Assembly (NCBI GenBank): GCA_964563135.1 | Contig: CAZLWV010000002.1 | Location: 15,469-79,468, forward strand | From: an uncultured Planctomycetaceae bacterium | GTDB taxonomy: Bacteria > Planctomycetota > Planctomycetia > Pirellulales > Thermoguttaceae | Direction: 5' to 3' | DNA length: 64,000 nucleotides | Part shown: piece after piece, positions 46,708 through 56,014 of the stretch | How the letters are laid out: the number at the start of each line of letters is the position of its first letter | Numbering within the stretch: the stretch's first letter is position 1 | Position numbers and translations under genes: made by a program | The notes under the pieces: generated by a model | Database searches by the model: none | Seen by the model: only the letters and a program-made list of their open reading frames with translations | Told to the model about the DNA's origin: nothing

Positions 46708-48771
46708 ATGCATCCGATGAGATACCGAAGTTTCTGGACACTGCTGCTCCTGACGGCCCTGTGGACGCTCCAGGCCGTGCCGGCCCGGGCGCAACTGCGA
46801 CTGGGGATTGGGGGCGGTTCGGCTGCCAAGCTCAGGGTTTCCGCTCAGTACACCGAAGCCACTGCCAGTGCTCCCCGGCGACTGTTCGTGGTGGCGAGCA
46901 TCGAGCCGGACTGGCACATCTACTCGATCACCCAGACCGGGGAAGGGCCGATTGCATCGGCGATCAAGCTGGACGAGGGGCAAGGCGTGAAGCTTCTTGG
47001 GCCGTTTCAGGTGTATCCCGCCCCCGACAAAAAAAAGGAAGAACTGTTCGACGGCCTGTTGGTCGAGACGCATCACGGCAAGGTAGTCTGGCACGCGCCG
47101 ATCGAGTTGGCGCCGGGTGTCGACGCGGGGGCCTTGAGAATCAGGGGAGAACTCTGGGCGCAGGCTTGCTCCGATACGGCGTGTATCGCGCCGCAGGGCT
47201 ATCCGTTCCTAGCCACACCCGGCCCAGGGGAGGAGGTCCCCGCGGAACAACTCCGCCTGCTCTCGCCGGCAGGCCCCGAGACGCCGGGGGGCCCTGCCCA
47301 GCGGTCACCGACGCCGCCATCGCCTGGTCCTCCCGTGGAGCAACCCAGCGGTGCTGAGGTCCACGCGCCGGCGGCCCCGTCTCCTGGCCAAGGGGCCGAA
47401 CGCAACTCGGAAGAGCCCAGGTGGTATCCCTACACGAACCTGGAGGACTTCGGCGCCATCGTGGGCACGAAGGGAATGATGTTCAGCGCCGACGAAGTGT
47501 CGGCCAATCTGAAGAAGAAACAGGAAAGCAGATCACTGCCTTATGTCCTGCTGGGGGCTTTCGTTGGGGGCTTGATCCTGAACCTCATGCCTTGCGTGCT
47601 GCCGGTGATTGGCCTGAAAGTCCTGTCGTTCGTCACGCAGGCCGGCGAAAGCCGCGGTCGGGTGTTCATACTGAACGTGGTGTATTCGGCGGGCATCGTG
47701 GCCGTGTTTCTGCTCTTGGCGGGGCTGGCGGTCGGCCTGGGGCTAGGGTGGGGCCAACTCTTCACCTACGGCGCGTTCAACGTCGTCATGACGGCTGTCG
47801 TGTTTGCGATGGGGCTGAGTTTTCTTGGGTTATGGGAGATTCCGATCCCCGGTTTTGTGGGATCGGGCAAGTCGGCGCGGATCCAGCAGCAGGAGGGGCT
47901 TGGGGCCGCCTTTCTCAAGGGCGTGATCACCACCGTCCTGGCAACGCCGTGCACGGGACCCTTCATGGCCTCCGCGCTCACCTGGGCCGTGGCCCAGCCG
48001 CCGGGTATCGTGTTTGCCGTTTTCCTGGCCATCGGCCTGGGGATGTCGAGCCCCTATCTGCTCATCGGGGCGTTTCCCGAGCTGATCCGCTTCCTCCCGA
48101 AGCCGGGGGCGTGGATGGACACGTTCAAGCAGATCATGGGCTTCTTCCTGCTGGGAACGGTCGTCTTCCTGTTCAGTTTCCTCCACTGGCCCTACGTGGT
48201 GCCAACGATCGGCCTCCTGTTTGCCATCTGGGCTGGCCTGTGGTGGTTCAATCGCACGCCGCTGACGGCGCCGGCCGGCGACAAGTGGCGGGCATGGCTG
48301 GAGGCCTCGGCGCTGGTGGCGGTTGCCTGGCTGGTGCTGTTCCCCGGGCTCGATGGGATCCTTCCGGGGCGTCTGGGATTTCATGGACTCTACGAGGAAA
48401 TGAACGATCGGTTCGTAACCCTCGTCGGCCACAACAGGCCTGCCGGTGCCGCCGTTCCCAGCGAGCCGCGTACGGTGCTGGTCGATTTCACGGCCGATTG
48501 GTGCACGAGCTGCAAGGCGTTCGAGAAGGCCGTCCTCCAGGATCCCGAGGTCGTTGAAGCTTTCAGGAGGGACCGGGTTGTTCTGCTCAAGGCCGACAAC
48601 ACCGACGGAGATCCCGAGGTGAAGCGGTTTCTGCAGGTGCTCCTGAGCGACCAGGTACCGGTGATTGCCGTTTTCTCTCCCGACAATCCCAACGACCCGA
48701 TCGTCTTTCTCGGCGGTTATACCAAGAAGGGCATCCTCGACGCCCTGGACAAGGCCCGTCCGCGCGGGTAG
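46708..48771 (+). CDS. dsbD: Thiol:disulfide interchange protein DsbD (alpha, TM beta and thioredoxin gamma domains)
   Basis: ATG at 46708 preceded by GGGAGGGGA, with a signal peptide. Alpha-domain Cys pair ACSDTACIAP. TM Cys motifs LMPCVLPV and ATPCTGPF. C-terminal thioredoxin DWCTSC. Confidence 0.85.
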   Translation: MHPMRYRSFWTLLLLTALWTLQAVPARAQLRLGIGGGSAAKLRVSAQYTEATASAPRRLFVVASIEPDWHIYSITQTGEGPIASAIKLDEGQGVKLLGPFQVYPAPDKKKEELFDGLLVETHHGKVVWHAPIELAPGVDAGALRIRGELWAQACSDTACIAPQGYPFLATPGPGEEVPAEQLRLLSPAGPETPGGPAQRSPTPPSPGPPVEQPSGAEVHAPAAPSPGQGAERNSEEPRWYPYTNLEDFGAIVGTKGMMFSADEVSANLKKKQESRSLPYVLLGAFVGGLILNLMPCVLPVIGLKVLSFVTQAGESRGRVFILNVVYSAGIVAVFLLLAGLAVGLGLGWGQLFTYGAFNVVMTAVVFAMGLSFLGLWEIPIPGFVGSGKSARIQQQEGLGAAFLKGVITTVLATPCTGPFMASALTWAVAQPPGIVFAVFLAIGLGMSSPYLLIGAFPELIRFLPKPGAWMDTFKQIMGFFLLGTVVFLFSFLHWPYVVPTIGLLFAIWAGLWWFNRTPLTAPAGDKWRAWLEASALVAVAWLVLFPGLDGILPGRLGFHGLYEEMNDRFVTLVGHNRPAGAAVPSEPRTVLVDFTADWCTSCKAFEKAVLQDPEVVEAFRRDRVVLLKADNTDGDPEVKRFLQVLLSDQVPVIAVFSPDNPNDPIVFLGGYTKKGILDALDKARPRG

Positions 48772-48785
48772 ATGCAGGCCGGTTG

Positions 48786-48817
48786 CCCAGACTGGGTTGC
48801 GTGATTCCCAGACTGGG
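48786..48817. repeat. Two copies of the near-palindrome CCCAGACTGGG, 21 bp apart
   Basis: CCCAGACTGGG at 48786-48796 and 48807-48817, immediately after the dsbD stop. The two copies can also pair with each other as an 11-bp stem with one A-A mismatch. No U-tract follows. Confidence 0.4.
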
Positions 48818-48976
48818 CCCTCTCCCGGAAGCCGCCTCCTGAAGGGTGGTGGCGGAGGGCTGGATCTCCTGGAATCGTGCAAGTCTATTCAGGCTGGTCG
48901 AGCGGCACGCCGAATTGCAGCGAGGGAACGGCCTCCTTTTCAGTCGGCCTGCGGCATCCGTGGATCTGGTGCCGCT

Positions 48977-49882
48977 TCAGCGAGCCGGGCCGTCCTGCAG
49001 CTGGCGCTGAAAATGCCGGAACACCTCCTCCATGGGCGTGAACCGGAATCCCGTGAACTGGAGGAACTTGGATGGATTGAGGGAGATGTCACCGGGACGC
49101 TCGTCGAGAAAACCGAATCGACGGGCCTCCATCTCCACAATATTGCCGTAGTCGATGCGGAGGGTATGGAGAAACTCTGCCAGGAGTTCCCCGCGGGTAT
49201 ACGACCTTGGCTGGCAGAGGTTGAACAGTCCGGCCGCCTGCCGATCGAGGAGCGCCAGGAGTCCGGCCGTGATGTCGCCCTGGCAAGTCGGGCAGGTCCT
49301 CTGGTCGGAGATCGTCCGAATGGTTTCCTGTCTCTGGACCATCCGATACCAGTCGCCCAGGAGTCCGTTTTCGTGCGGGCTGGCCGAGAAGACCTTGCTG
49401 ATGCGGACAATCAGTGCCTGCGGATACGTCTCCAGGATATGGGTCTCCATGGCGGCCTTCTGCCGGCCGTATTCGGTGTTGGGCGAGGGGGGATCCGTTT
49501 CCGAGTAGTGGCCCTTCTTCCCGTCGTAGACATAGTCGGTGGAGAAGAACACAGGCCGGACATTCTTCTGGCTCAGCAGAGCCAGCAACCGGCGTGTGCC
49601 CTCGAGGTTGAGCCTTGCCGACCCGGCCGTGTCCTGTTTGCAGCGGTCGATATCGGCCACCGCGCTGAGGATGATCCCAAGGCCGAACGGGCTCAGATCG
49701 ATATCTTTAAGCGGATCGGCTTCGGTCAGATCGCAGCGCACGAGCCCCGGCTGGGGATGGGTTGCATAGGTGCCCTGTACAGACCAGCCCTCTCTCTGCA
49801 TTCGATCGATGAGAGCCCTTCCGATGTTGCCCGAAGCGCCGAACAGAATAGCGCTCTTGTTCGAATCGATCCCTTCGGTCAT
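48977..49882 (-). CDS. NAD(P)-dependent sugar-nucleotide reductase/epimerase, RmlD-like
   Basis: ILFGASGNIGRAL Rossmann motif, STDYVYDG and the catalytic YGRQK (YxxxK). AAAGGA lies upstream of the ATG. Confidence 0.75.
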   Translation of the reverse strand: MTEGIDSNKSAILFGASGNIGRALIDRMQREGWSVQGTYATHPQPGLVRCDLTEADPLKDIDLSPFGLGIILSAVADIDRCKQDTAGSARLNLEGTRRLLALLSQKNVRPVFFSTDYVYDGKKGHYSETDPPSPNTEYGRQKAAMETHILETYPQALIVRISKVFSASPHENGLLGDWYRMVQRQETIRTISDQRTCPTCQGDITAGLLALLDRQAAGLFNLCQPRSYTRGELLAEFLHTLRIDYGNIVEMEARRFGFLDERPGDISLNPSKFLQFTGFRFTPMEEVFRHFQRQLQDGPAR

Positions 49883-50226
49883 AGTTCGAGTCCTTTATCG
49901 GCCAGCAGCCCGAGACCGGTCCGGTCGTTTGTCCTTCTTTTCGCCGTGCAATTCCCGCTCCCCCCGAGTCCGCATGGCCGGCACATGGGGATCTCGCTGC
50001 ACGCATGGATCGTGCACGTGCGGCAGCGGGCACTGGTCGATGTCTGCATGGAAAATGTTTCCGGCCAGCCAACAAGAGACCGCAAAGAGCCGGGCATCCG
50101 CCGGTCGCCCTCGTGCATGGACGGCACAGGCGTCAAATCAGGGGAATTTTTCTGACACCCCCATTGACGAAACCGAATCTTTCGTAATGATTAAAACCTC
50201 CACGACGCTACTGATTCCTGTCTTGG

Positions 50227-50559
50227 GTGGTAGCCGGCCTGATTCGAGACGGTCAGGTCTTCTTTCAGTCGTTGGCGTTGGCAGAAGGAATCTGTCGACG
50301 CGGTCCGCTTTTTTGGGGATTGATCTGGGTGATTAGAACGCTATCGCTACGTGACAAAGCAGAGGCTCGAATTCGTGCGGCAACCTACGGCGCAGTGAAA
50401 GGAGCGGATTGCGAGTTTTCCGAAGGTGTCCTCGTGCTGCGAGGAAAGGTCCGCAATTTCTACGCGAAACAGTTGGCTCAAGAGGCAGTCGGCCAGCTAC
50501 CGGGCGTAGTGGATATCATCAATCAGATCGAGGTGGTCTCCGCCGATCAGGGGTGCTGA
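50227..50559 (+). CDS. BON domain protein
   Basis: C-terminal ~65 aa fit the BON pattern (FSEGVLVLRGKVRNFYAKQLAQEAVGQLPGVVDIINQIEV). The start is uncertain (GTG 50227, TTG 50320 or GTG 50329). Confidence 0.5.
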   Translation: MVAGLIRDGQVFFQSLALAEGICRRGPLFWGLIWVIRTLSLRDKAEARIRAATYGAVKGADCEFSEGVLVLRGKVRNFYAKQLAQEAVGQLPGVVDIINQIEVVSADQGC

Positions 50560-50587
50560 TGCGGCAGGCAGCGCTCGACCAGTTTGC

Positions 50588-51652
50588 CTAGTCCGCCCAA
50601 GCAACACCTTTCTGGCCTTCTTCGACGCGCCCGATGGTCCAGTTCTCCAGTCCCATGTCGGCGAGCTGGTGGCGGATGCTTTCGGCGTAGTAGGAGCTGG
50701 TGATCAGCGCCATGCCTACGCCCATGTTGAAGACCCGATCCATTTCGCTGCGCTCGATATCGCCGAGTCGCTGAAGCCAAGTGAAAACGGGCGGGATGGG
50801 CCAACTGCCGCGCTGGATGATGACGCGGGTCCCTTCGGGCACGATCCGTTCGATGTTCTCGTGCAACCCGCCGCCCGTAATATGCGCGATTCCATGGATC
50901 ACCGACTTGACCCGATAGTGGGTCATTACAGCGCGCACCGGGCGTACGTAGATATGTGTGGGAACCAGCAGAGCGCGGCCGACGGTGGTTCCCAACTCCG
51001 GTACGTGGTCGGTTACCTTGAGTCCTGCGATGTCGAACACGACTCGGCGGACAAGGCTGAATCCGTTGGAATGGACACCACTGGAGGCAATTCCAATGAC
51101 AACGTCTCCCGGCACGATGGCTGAACCGTCGATCACGTCGGCCTTCTCAGCCGCCCCCACACAGAAACCGGCCATATCGTAGTCGTCGTCGCCGTATACG
51201 TCGGGGAGTATGGCTGTTTCCCCGCCGACCAAAGCGCAGTCGCTCTGAATGCATCCATCCGTAATCCCTTCAACGAGACTCTCCAAAAGAGGGGGGTTGT
51301 CTTTGGGCAGGGCGACGTAGTCCAGGAAGAAAAGGGGTTCTGCTCCGCAGCAGATGGCATCGTTGACACACATGGCCACCAGATCGATGCCAACGGTATT
51401 GTGGATCCCCATCGCGGAGGCAATCTTCAACTTTGTGCCCACTCCGTCGGTGCATGCGATCAGGACGGGTGATTTGTAGTGGCGGGCGAAGAGAGCTCCC
51501 GGGAAATCGAGCTGAAAGAGGCCCGCAAAACCCCCCTCCAACTTGATCACTCGGGGGGTATGCGTCCGCGAAATGAGCCGCGGCAACCGAGACATGGCGT
51601 CTTCGTACTTGTCCAAGTCCACGCCGGCGTCTTTGTAAGTTGCTTTCGCCAT
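50588..51652 (-). CDS. purM: Phosphoribosylformylglycinamidine cyclo-ligase (AIR synthetase)
   Basis: ATG at 51652 preceded by GGAAAGG. MAKATYKDAGVDLD, CTDGVGTKLKIA and GGETA motifs. Confidence 0.95.
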   Translation of the reverse strand: MAKATYKDAGVDLDKYEDAMSRLPRLISRTHTPRVIKLEGGFAGLFQLDFPGALFARHYKSPVLIACTDGVGTKLKIASAMGIHNTVGIDLVAMCVNDAICCGAEPLFFLDYVALPKDNPPLLESLVEGITDGCIQSDCALVGGETAILPDVYGDDDYDMAGFCVGAAEKADVIDGSAIVPGDVVIGIASSGVHSNGFSLVRRVVFDIAGLKVTDHVPELGTTVGRALLVPTHIYVRPVRAVMTHYRVKSVIHGIAHITGGGLHENIERIVPEGTRVIIQRGSWPIPPVFTWLQRLGDIERSEMDRVFNMGVGMALITSSYYAESIRHQLADMGLENWTIGRVEEGQKGVAWAD

Positions 51653-51984
51653 TGCCTTTCCGATCGCTTGTCGACAGTCCGCCCACGCAGGGCTCCACCC
51701 GGCTTGCCTGCCAGGACTGTGTCTGGATGTCCCAAAAGGGGCTTCGCCTACCATTTCAGAAGCACGTATTTTAGAGAGAAGGCAACGGAAAACCAACGGG
51801 TCCGAACCGTTCTGAGTCTGCTGAGAACGTGTGGCAGAAAAATACTTACCAGAAAACGCGAACTATCTTGCCGATCCGCCCGTAATGAAAGCTGTCGGAC
51901 ACGACAAGCACCTCCGTCAGCCTGCGGACCGCTCCCCCATCCGGCGGCTGTCGGCTCAAACCTCCTGTTGTGCAATCTCCCCCC

Positions 51985-52029
51985 AGCGGATGACGAGCCT
52001 CCCCCTTGTTCGTCATCCGCTTTCTTTTT
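51985..52029 (+). terminator. Strong orphan rho-independent terminator with no CDS upstream on its strand
   Basis: 12-bp perfect stem AGCGGATGACGA (51985-51996) / TCGTCATCCGCT (52010-52021), 13-nt loop, then TTTCTTTTT. Confidence 0.7.
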
Positions 52030-52208
52030 GCGCGCTCTTCTGCCGGGTCGTCTGGATGATCCGCTTGCGGCTGCTTAGGATTCTGGTCTGCCGGCCTCGA
52101 TTTCCCGCAATTGACACGCGGGAGCCGAATTGACAGACTACTAAGCTCCACGAAAGCAGCCGTTTTCGTGTGGTCTATTCGGAACAACGTACGAAGGAGA
52201 GCTGGACG

Positions 52209-52970
52209 ATGTCGAAGAGACTGTTCCTCCTGGTGGTGGCCATCGCTGTGATCTCCGCCGCCGGTTGGTTGCAGGCGGCAGAGGTTCCCCAAACACCGGC
52301 GTTTTCCACCCTGGTACCGGTTACGGACCTGGTTGGCCAGGTGGAGTCCTATGTGAAGGAGCTGGAGGAATGCGTGGAGAACGAGGCAGATTTTGCCGAC
52401 TATGCCGAGAAGATCCAGCGATGCGCCCACAGTCTGGCAGCAGTGGCGCTCGCCATGGGACTTCACGATGAACGGACCCCTTTGCAGAAGGCCGCTCCTG
52501 CCGTGATCAAGGCATGCCAGCAACTGTCGGTGGCAAAGGACTATGCTGCAGCCAAGGCGGGCGTCGACGGGGTGAAGGCCGCCCTGGCGGCTAGTGGTGA
52601 TCCTGCTGCCCTCAAGTGGAGCAAGGTGGCCAGTCTCCGACCCCTGATGGTGGAGGTCCCCCTGATCAACATTCGCATGAAGCGTTACATACGGCGTTTC
52701 GAGAAAGGAGCCCCTCTTCTGGCCAGCGAGTCTGCGGCGATCGTTGCCATAAGCCAAGCGAGCCTGGCCAACGCCGACGAGACGGAGGCCCCTGACAAGG
52801 TGTCCGAGTGGCACAAGTACTGTGTTCAGATGCGCAACGCGGCCGGAGCACTCAACAAGGCGGCTCACACCAAGGATGAGCAGGCGGCCAATGCCGCGAT
52901 GGAGGCTCTTCAGAAGAGTTGCGAGGATTGCCACGCTGTCTTCCACAAGACGGCCACGACCACGGAGTGA
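52209..52970 (+). CDS. Secreted all-alpha cytochrome c (cytochrome c-prime / class II-like) with a C-terminal heme site
   Basis: ATG at 52209 preceded by GAAGGAGAG. Signal peptide MSKRLFLLVVAIAVISAAGWLQA. Ala/Lys/Glu-rich helical sequence. A single CEDCH motif 15 residues from the C-terminus. Confidence 0.65.
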   Translation: MSKRLFLLVVAIAVISAAGWLQAAEVPQTPAFSTLVPVTDLVGQVESYVKELEECVENEADFADYAEKIQRCAHSLAAVALAMGLHDERTPLQKAAPAVIKACQQLSVAKDYAAAKAGVDGVKAALAASGDPAALKWSKVASLRPLMVEVPLINIRMKRYIRRFEKGAPLLASESAAIVAISQASLANADETEAPDKVSEWHKYCVQMRNAAGALNKAAHTKDEQAANAAMEALQKSCEDCHAVFHKTATTTE

Positions 52971-53739
52971 CCAGGCACCGGCAAATCGCTTTCCGGCGGC
53001 ACTGCAGAGGATGCTCGAGGGGGCTGCGTCGTAGCCACTGAAGTGGTGTCGGGGCGACCCGTGGTGGGTGATACGTTGCGCAGCGGTTGCTCAGGCTGCT
53101 GGTTCTGTGGGGTGCCGCATGGCCGCGGGGGCAGGGCGAACAGCCGGTCTGGTCCAGTTCGGGTCCTGCGCCGAGCCCCAGTCTGACGAGGAATGGGGGC
53201 TGTGGCGGCCTGCGCTGCGGATGCCGCAGGTGCTTGCGATTGCTGCGCGGGTGGCAGTTCTGCGCGGCGAATAGGCCCACTTCCAACGGTGCATCCGTTG
53301 CAGCCCGTCGCCGGAGATAGGCGATCCCTGCGATCGGGCACAATGGGTTTAGGGAAACGGCCCCATGGTGGAGTTCAGAAAATTCGATTTGCGGAAACTT
53401 GGTTGAATTTGGGGCCGTATTCTGTTCGCAAGAGCTTCGGCCGATTCTTTTTGCGCCAATTCTTCCGTATCCCCGACGCGGTAGTCCGCGACTCGATTTA
53501 TCCAGCGGGTGTGGTCGAAGTAAAGGATCTAGCCAGGACTACCGCGGGACCGGGCTGCACTCAGACGCTTCGTCTGGGGGAGCACACGTCTGATTCTTCG
53601 GGAGTTGCATGGGGTGGAGGACCGGTTCTCCCAGACCTGCAGACTGCCGAGATCGCCGCCCCAACTTGCGCGATATGCCCGGCCCGGCAACAGTTTCCTC
53701 GATTCGGTAACCGCTAGATTCCTATCTGTTTAACGCACC

Positions 53740-55899
53740 ATGGCTTTCGATCTCAATCAGTGGTATCCGGGCAATTTAGCCTTTCCCGCTCCAAGGTCCA
53801 TCGATCCGGCCCTCGTTTTCGAACGTCTGCCGACCCTCAAGTTCACGCATCCACTACCGTATGGCGCGATCGTACACGACGACGGCGTACAGTTTGTGGT
53901 GATGAGTCGCTCAGCAACGGCAATGCGGGTTCTGGTCTACAACGACGTGAACGATCCCGATCCCTACGAGCTCATCGATTTTGACCGGGATCTGAATCGG
54001 TGGGGAGACATTTGGAGCGTGTTCGTACCGGGAATGGTTCCGGGCCAGCTCTATCACTTCCAGGCCGATGGCCCGTGGGACCCGGACGTGGGGCACCGAT
54101 TCGACGGGCACGCCCGTCTGATCGACCCCTACGCCAAGGCGCTGGCGGGCTGCTTCCTGCCGGCTACCGACGGGATCATTCGACCGCCCAAGTGCGTGGT
54201 GATCGACGACGAGTTCGACTGGAAGGGGGATCGCCATCTCCGGCGCGACCTGTCCGAGACGATCATTTACGAGATGCACGTCCGCGGTTACACGAAATCG
54301 CGTTCCTCCGGAGTGAAGCACCCGGGAACCTATCTGGGACTGATCGAGAAGATTCCCTACCTGCGGTCGTTGGGGATCACGGCGGTGGAGTTGATGCCGG
54401 TGCACGAATTTCCGATCAACGACTGCATCGGGCAGACTCCGGAACGACCCAACTACTGGGGCTACGATCCGATGGTGTTCTTCGCGCCCCATCGGGGCTA
54501 CGCAGTGAGCGAGGAACCCGGCGCCCAGGTGCGGGAGTTCAAGGAAATGGTGCTGGCCATGCACCAAGCGGGGATCGAGGTGATCCTGGACGTGGTGTTC
54601 AACCACACCTGCGAGGGCAACGAGCATGGCCCGACGATCAGTTTCAAGGGGCTGGAGAACCAGGTCTACTACATGCTGCAGGATGGCGGCAAGTACTACC
54701 GCAACTATTCCGGCTGCGGGAACACCGTCAATGGAAATCACCCCATCGTGCGCGAGATGATCTTCAATTGTCTCCGCCACTGGGTCCACAACTACCACAT
54801 TGATGGTTTCCGCTTCGACCTGGCATCGATTTTGAGCCGCGATCGGGCGGGGAACCTGGTGGCCAACCCCCCGGTGATCGAGGCGATTGCCGAGGACCCG
54901 CTCCTGGCGGATACGAAGATCATCGCCGAGGCGTGGGATGCCGCGGGCGGCTACCAGGTGGGCACGTTCGGGTGTCTGCGCTGGGCCGAGTGGAACGGGC
55001 GCTATCGCGACGATGTGCGCAAGTTCTGGCGCGGCGACCTCGGCATGACCGGATCCCTGGCCACAAGGCTGGCCGGTTCCAGCGACCTCTACGAGCCGGG
55101 AGGGCGCCGGCCCGTGAACAGCATCAACTTCATCACGTCGCACGACGGATTCACGATGAACGATCTGGTCAGCTACAACCAGAAGCACAACGAGGCGAAC
55201 CTGGAAGAGAACCGGGACGGCGACAACAACAACGAGAGCTGCAACTACGGTCACGAAGGGCCCACGCGGAAGCGGGAAGTCTGTGCCGTCCGCAGCCGCC
55301 AGATCCGGAACTTCTTCGCCACCCTGCTTCTCAGCCAGGGAGTGCCAATGATCGCTGCCGGCGATGAGTTTCGCCGCACGCAGGGGGGCAACAACAACGC
55401 CTACTGCCAGGACAATCCCATTTCGTGGCTCGACTGGCGACACCATCGGAAGAACGAGGGGCTGGTGCGGTTCGTCCGCAGCCTGATCGCGTACCGCAGA
55501 TCGCAACGCAATGTCCGCCAGCCCAAGTTTCTTACAGGCCGGCCCTTCCGCGAAGGGGGGCTGCCTGACGTGAGCTGGTTCGGGGTCGACGGCGGGCCTG
55601 CCAGTTGGGCCGAGGAGACCCGCAGCCTTATCTGCGTGCTCAGTGCGGCCCCGCTTGCCCCGGGGGCTGCAGGTCCGGGCTATCACCTGATGATGATGTG
55701 CCACGGCGCCCCGCACGACCAGCAGTTCATCGTTCCTCCGTCCCTCCTGGGGCTCCCATGGCGGAGGTTCATCGACACGGCCGCCCGCGAGCCCAACGAT
55801 GTTTTTCCCGCCCTCGACGGTCCCGGACTACCTCAGCCTGCCAAGTTCATCCTTCCCGGTCACACCATGCTTTGCTACGTCGCGCCCGACTGGATGTGA
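53740..55899 (+). CDS. glgX: Glycogen debranching enzyme (GH13 isoamylase type)
   Basis: GH13 regions VILDVVFNH, GFRFDLASIL, AEAWD and FITSHDGF, plus the N-terminal CBM48-like YGAIVHDDGVQFVVMS. 719 aa. Confidence 0.9.
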   Translation: MAFDLNQWYPGNLAFPAPRSIDPALVFERLPTLKFTHPLPYGAIVHDDGVQFVVMSRSATAMRVLVYNDVNDPDPYELIDFDRDLNRWGDIWSVFVPGMVPGQLYHFQADGPWDPDVGHRFDGHARLIDPYAKALAGCFLPATDGIIRPPKCVVIDDEFDWKGDRHLRRDLSETIIYEMHVRGYTKSRSSGVKHPGTYLGLIEKIPYLRSLGITAVELMPVHEFPINDCIGQTPERPNYWGYDPMVFFAPHRGYAVSEEPGAQVREFKEMVLAMHQAGIEVILDVVFNHTCEGNEHGPTISFKGLENQVYYMLQDGGKYYRNYSGCGNTVNGNHPIVREMIFNCLRHWVHNYHIDGFRFDLASILSRDRAGNLVANPPVIEAIAEDPLLADTKIIAEAWDAAGGYQVGTFGCLRWAEWNGRYRDDVRKFWRGDLGMTGSLATRLAGSSDLYEPGGRRPVNSINFITSHDGFTMNDLVSYNQKHNEANLEENRDGDNNNESCNYGHEGPTRKREVCAVRSRQIRNFFATLLLSQGVPMIAAGDEFRRTQGGNNNAYCQDNPISWLDWRHHRKNEGLVRFVRSLIAYRRSQRNVRQPKFLTGRPFREGGLPDVSWFGVDGGPASWAEETRSLICVLSAAPLAPGAAGPGYHLMMMCHGAPHDQQFIVPPSLLGLPWRRFIDTAAREPNDVFPALDGPGLPQPAKFILPGHTMLCYVAPDWM

Positions 55900-56014
55900 A
55901 AACCGACCTCAATGCTGCGGCCGCGATTGCCTCGGTCCAGGATCCACCCGGCCCGCCACTGCCGCGGAAAGCTGCAATACGCCCCACAATTGGTGAATGG
56001 TGGAGGAGCTGGTC

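Noticed and set aside
51653-51745. Possible purine/ZTP-type riboswitch in the purM leader (nested stems ACAGTCC...GGACTGT and GCAGG...CCTGC just upstream of the RBS).
   Set aside because: I could not find the conserved ZTP (pfl) elements (GACTGGCG core and the 3-prime CCGCCTGGGC pseudoknot strand) or a purine-riboswitch three-way junction. A structured leader only.
51738-52150. tmRNA-like coincidence. GGGGCTT at 51738 can pair with AAGCTCC-A at 52143-52150, including a G3-U pair. A frame ends in ...DDPLAAA-stop at 52078.
   Set aside because: There is no GGnTTCGAC D-loop-like element after the 5-prime strand. No T-arm (GGTTCGAnTCC-like) precedes the 3-prime strand. The tag-like ORF sits after a terminator hairpin and only ~70 nt from the 3-prime end. 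Every TTCGAC in the window lies inside a CDS.
53193-53717. 174-aa ORF in the glgX upstream spacer.
   Set aside because: Low-complexity Ala/Cys/Gly/Arg start, no RBS, no motifs. The composition drifts with the local AT-rich DNA rather than showing codon bias.
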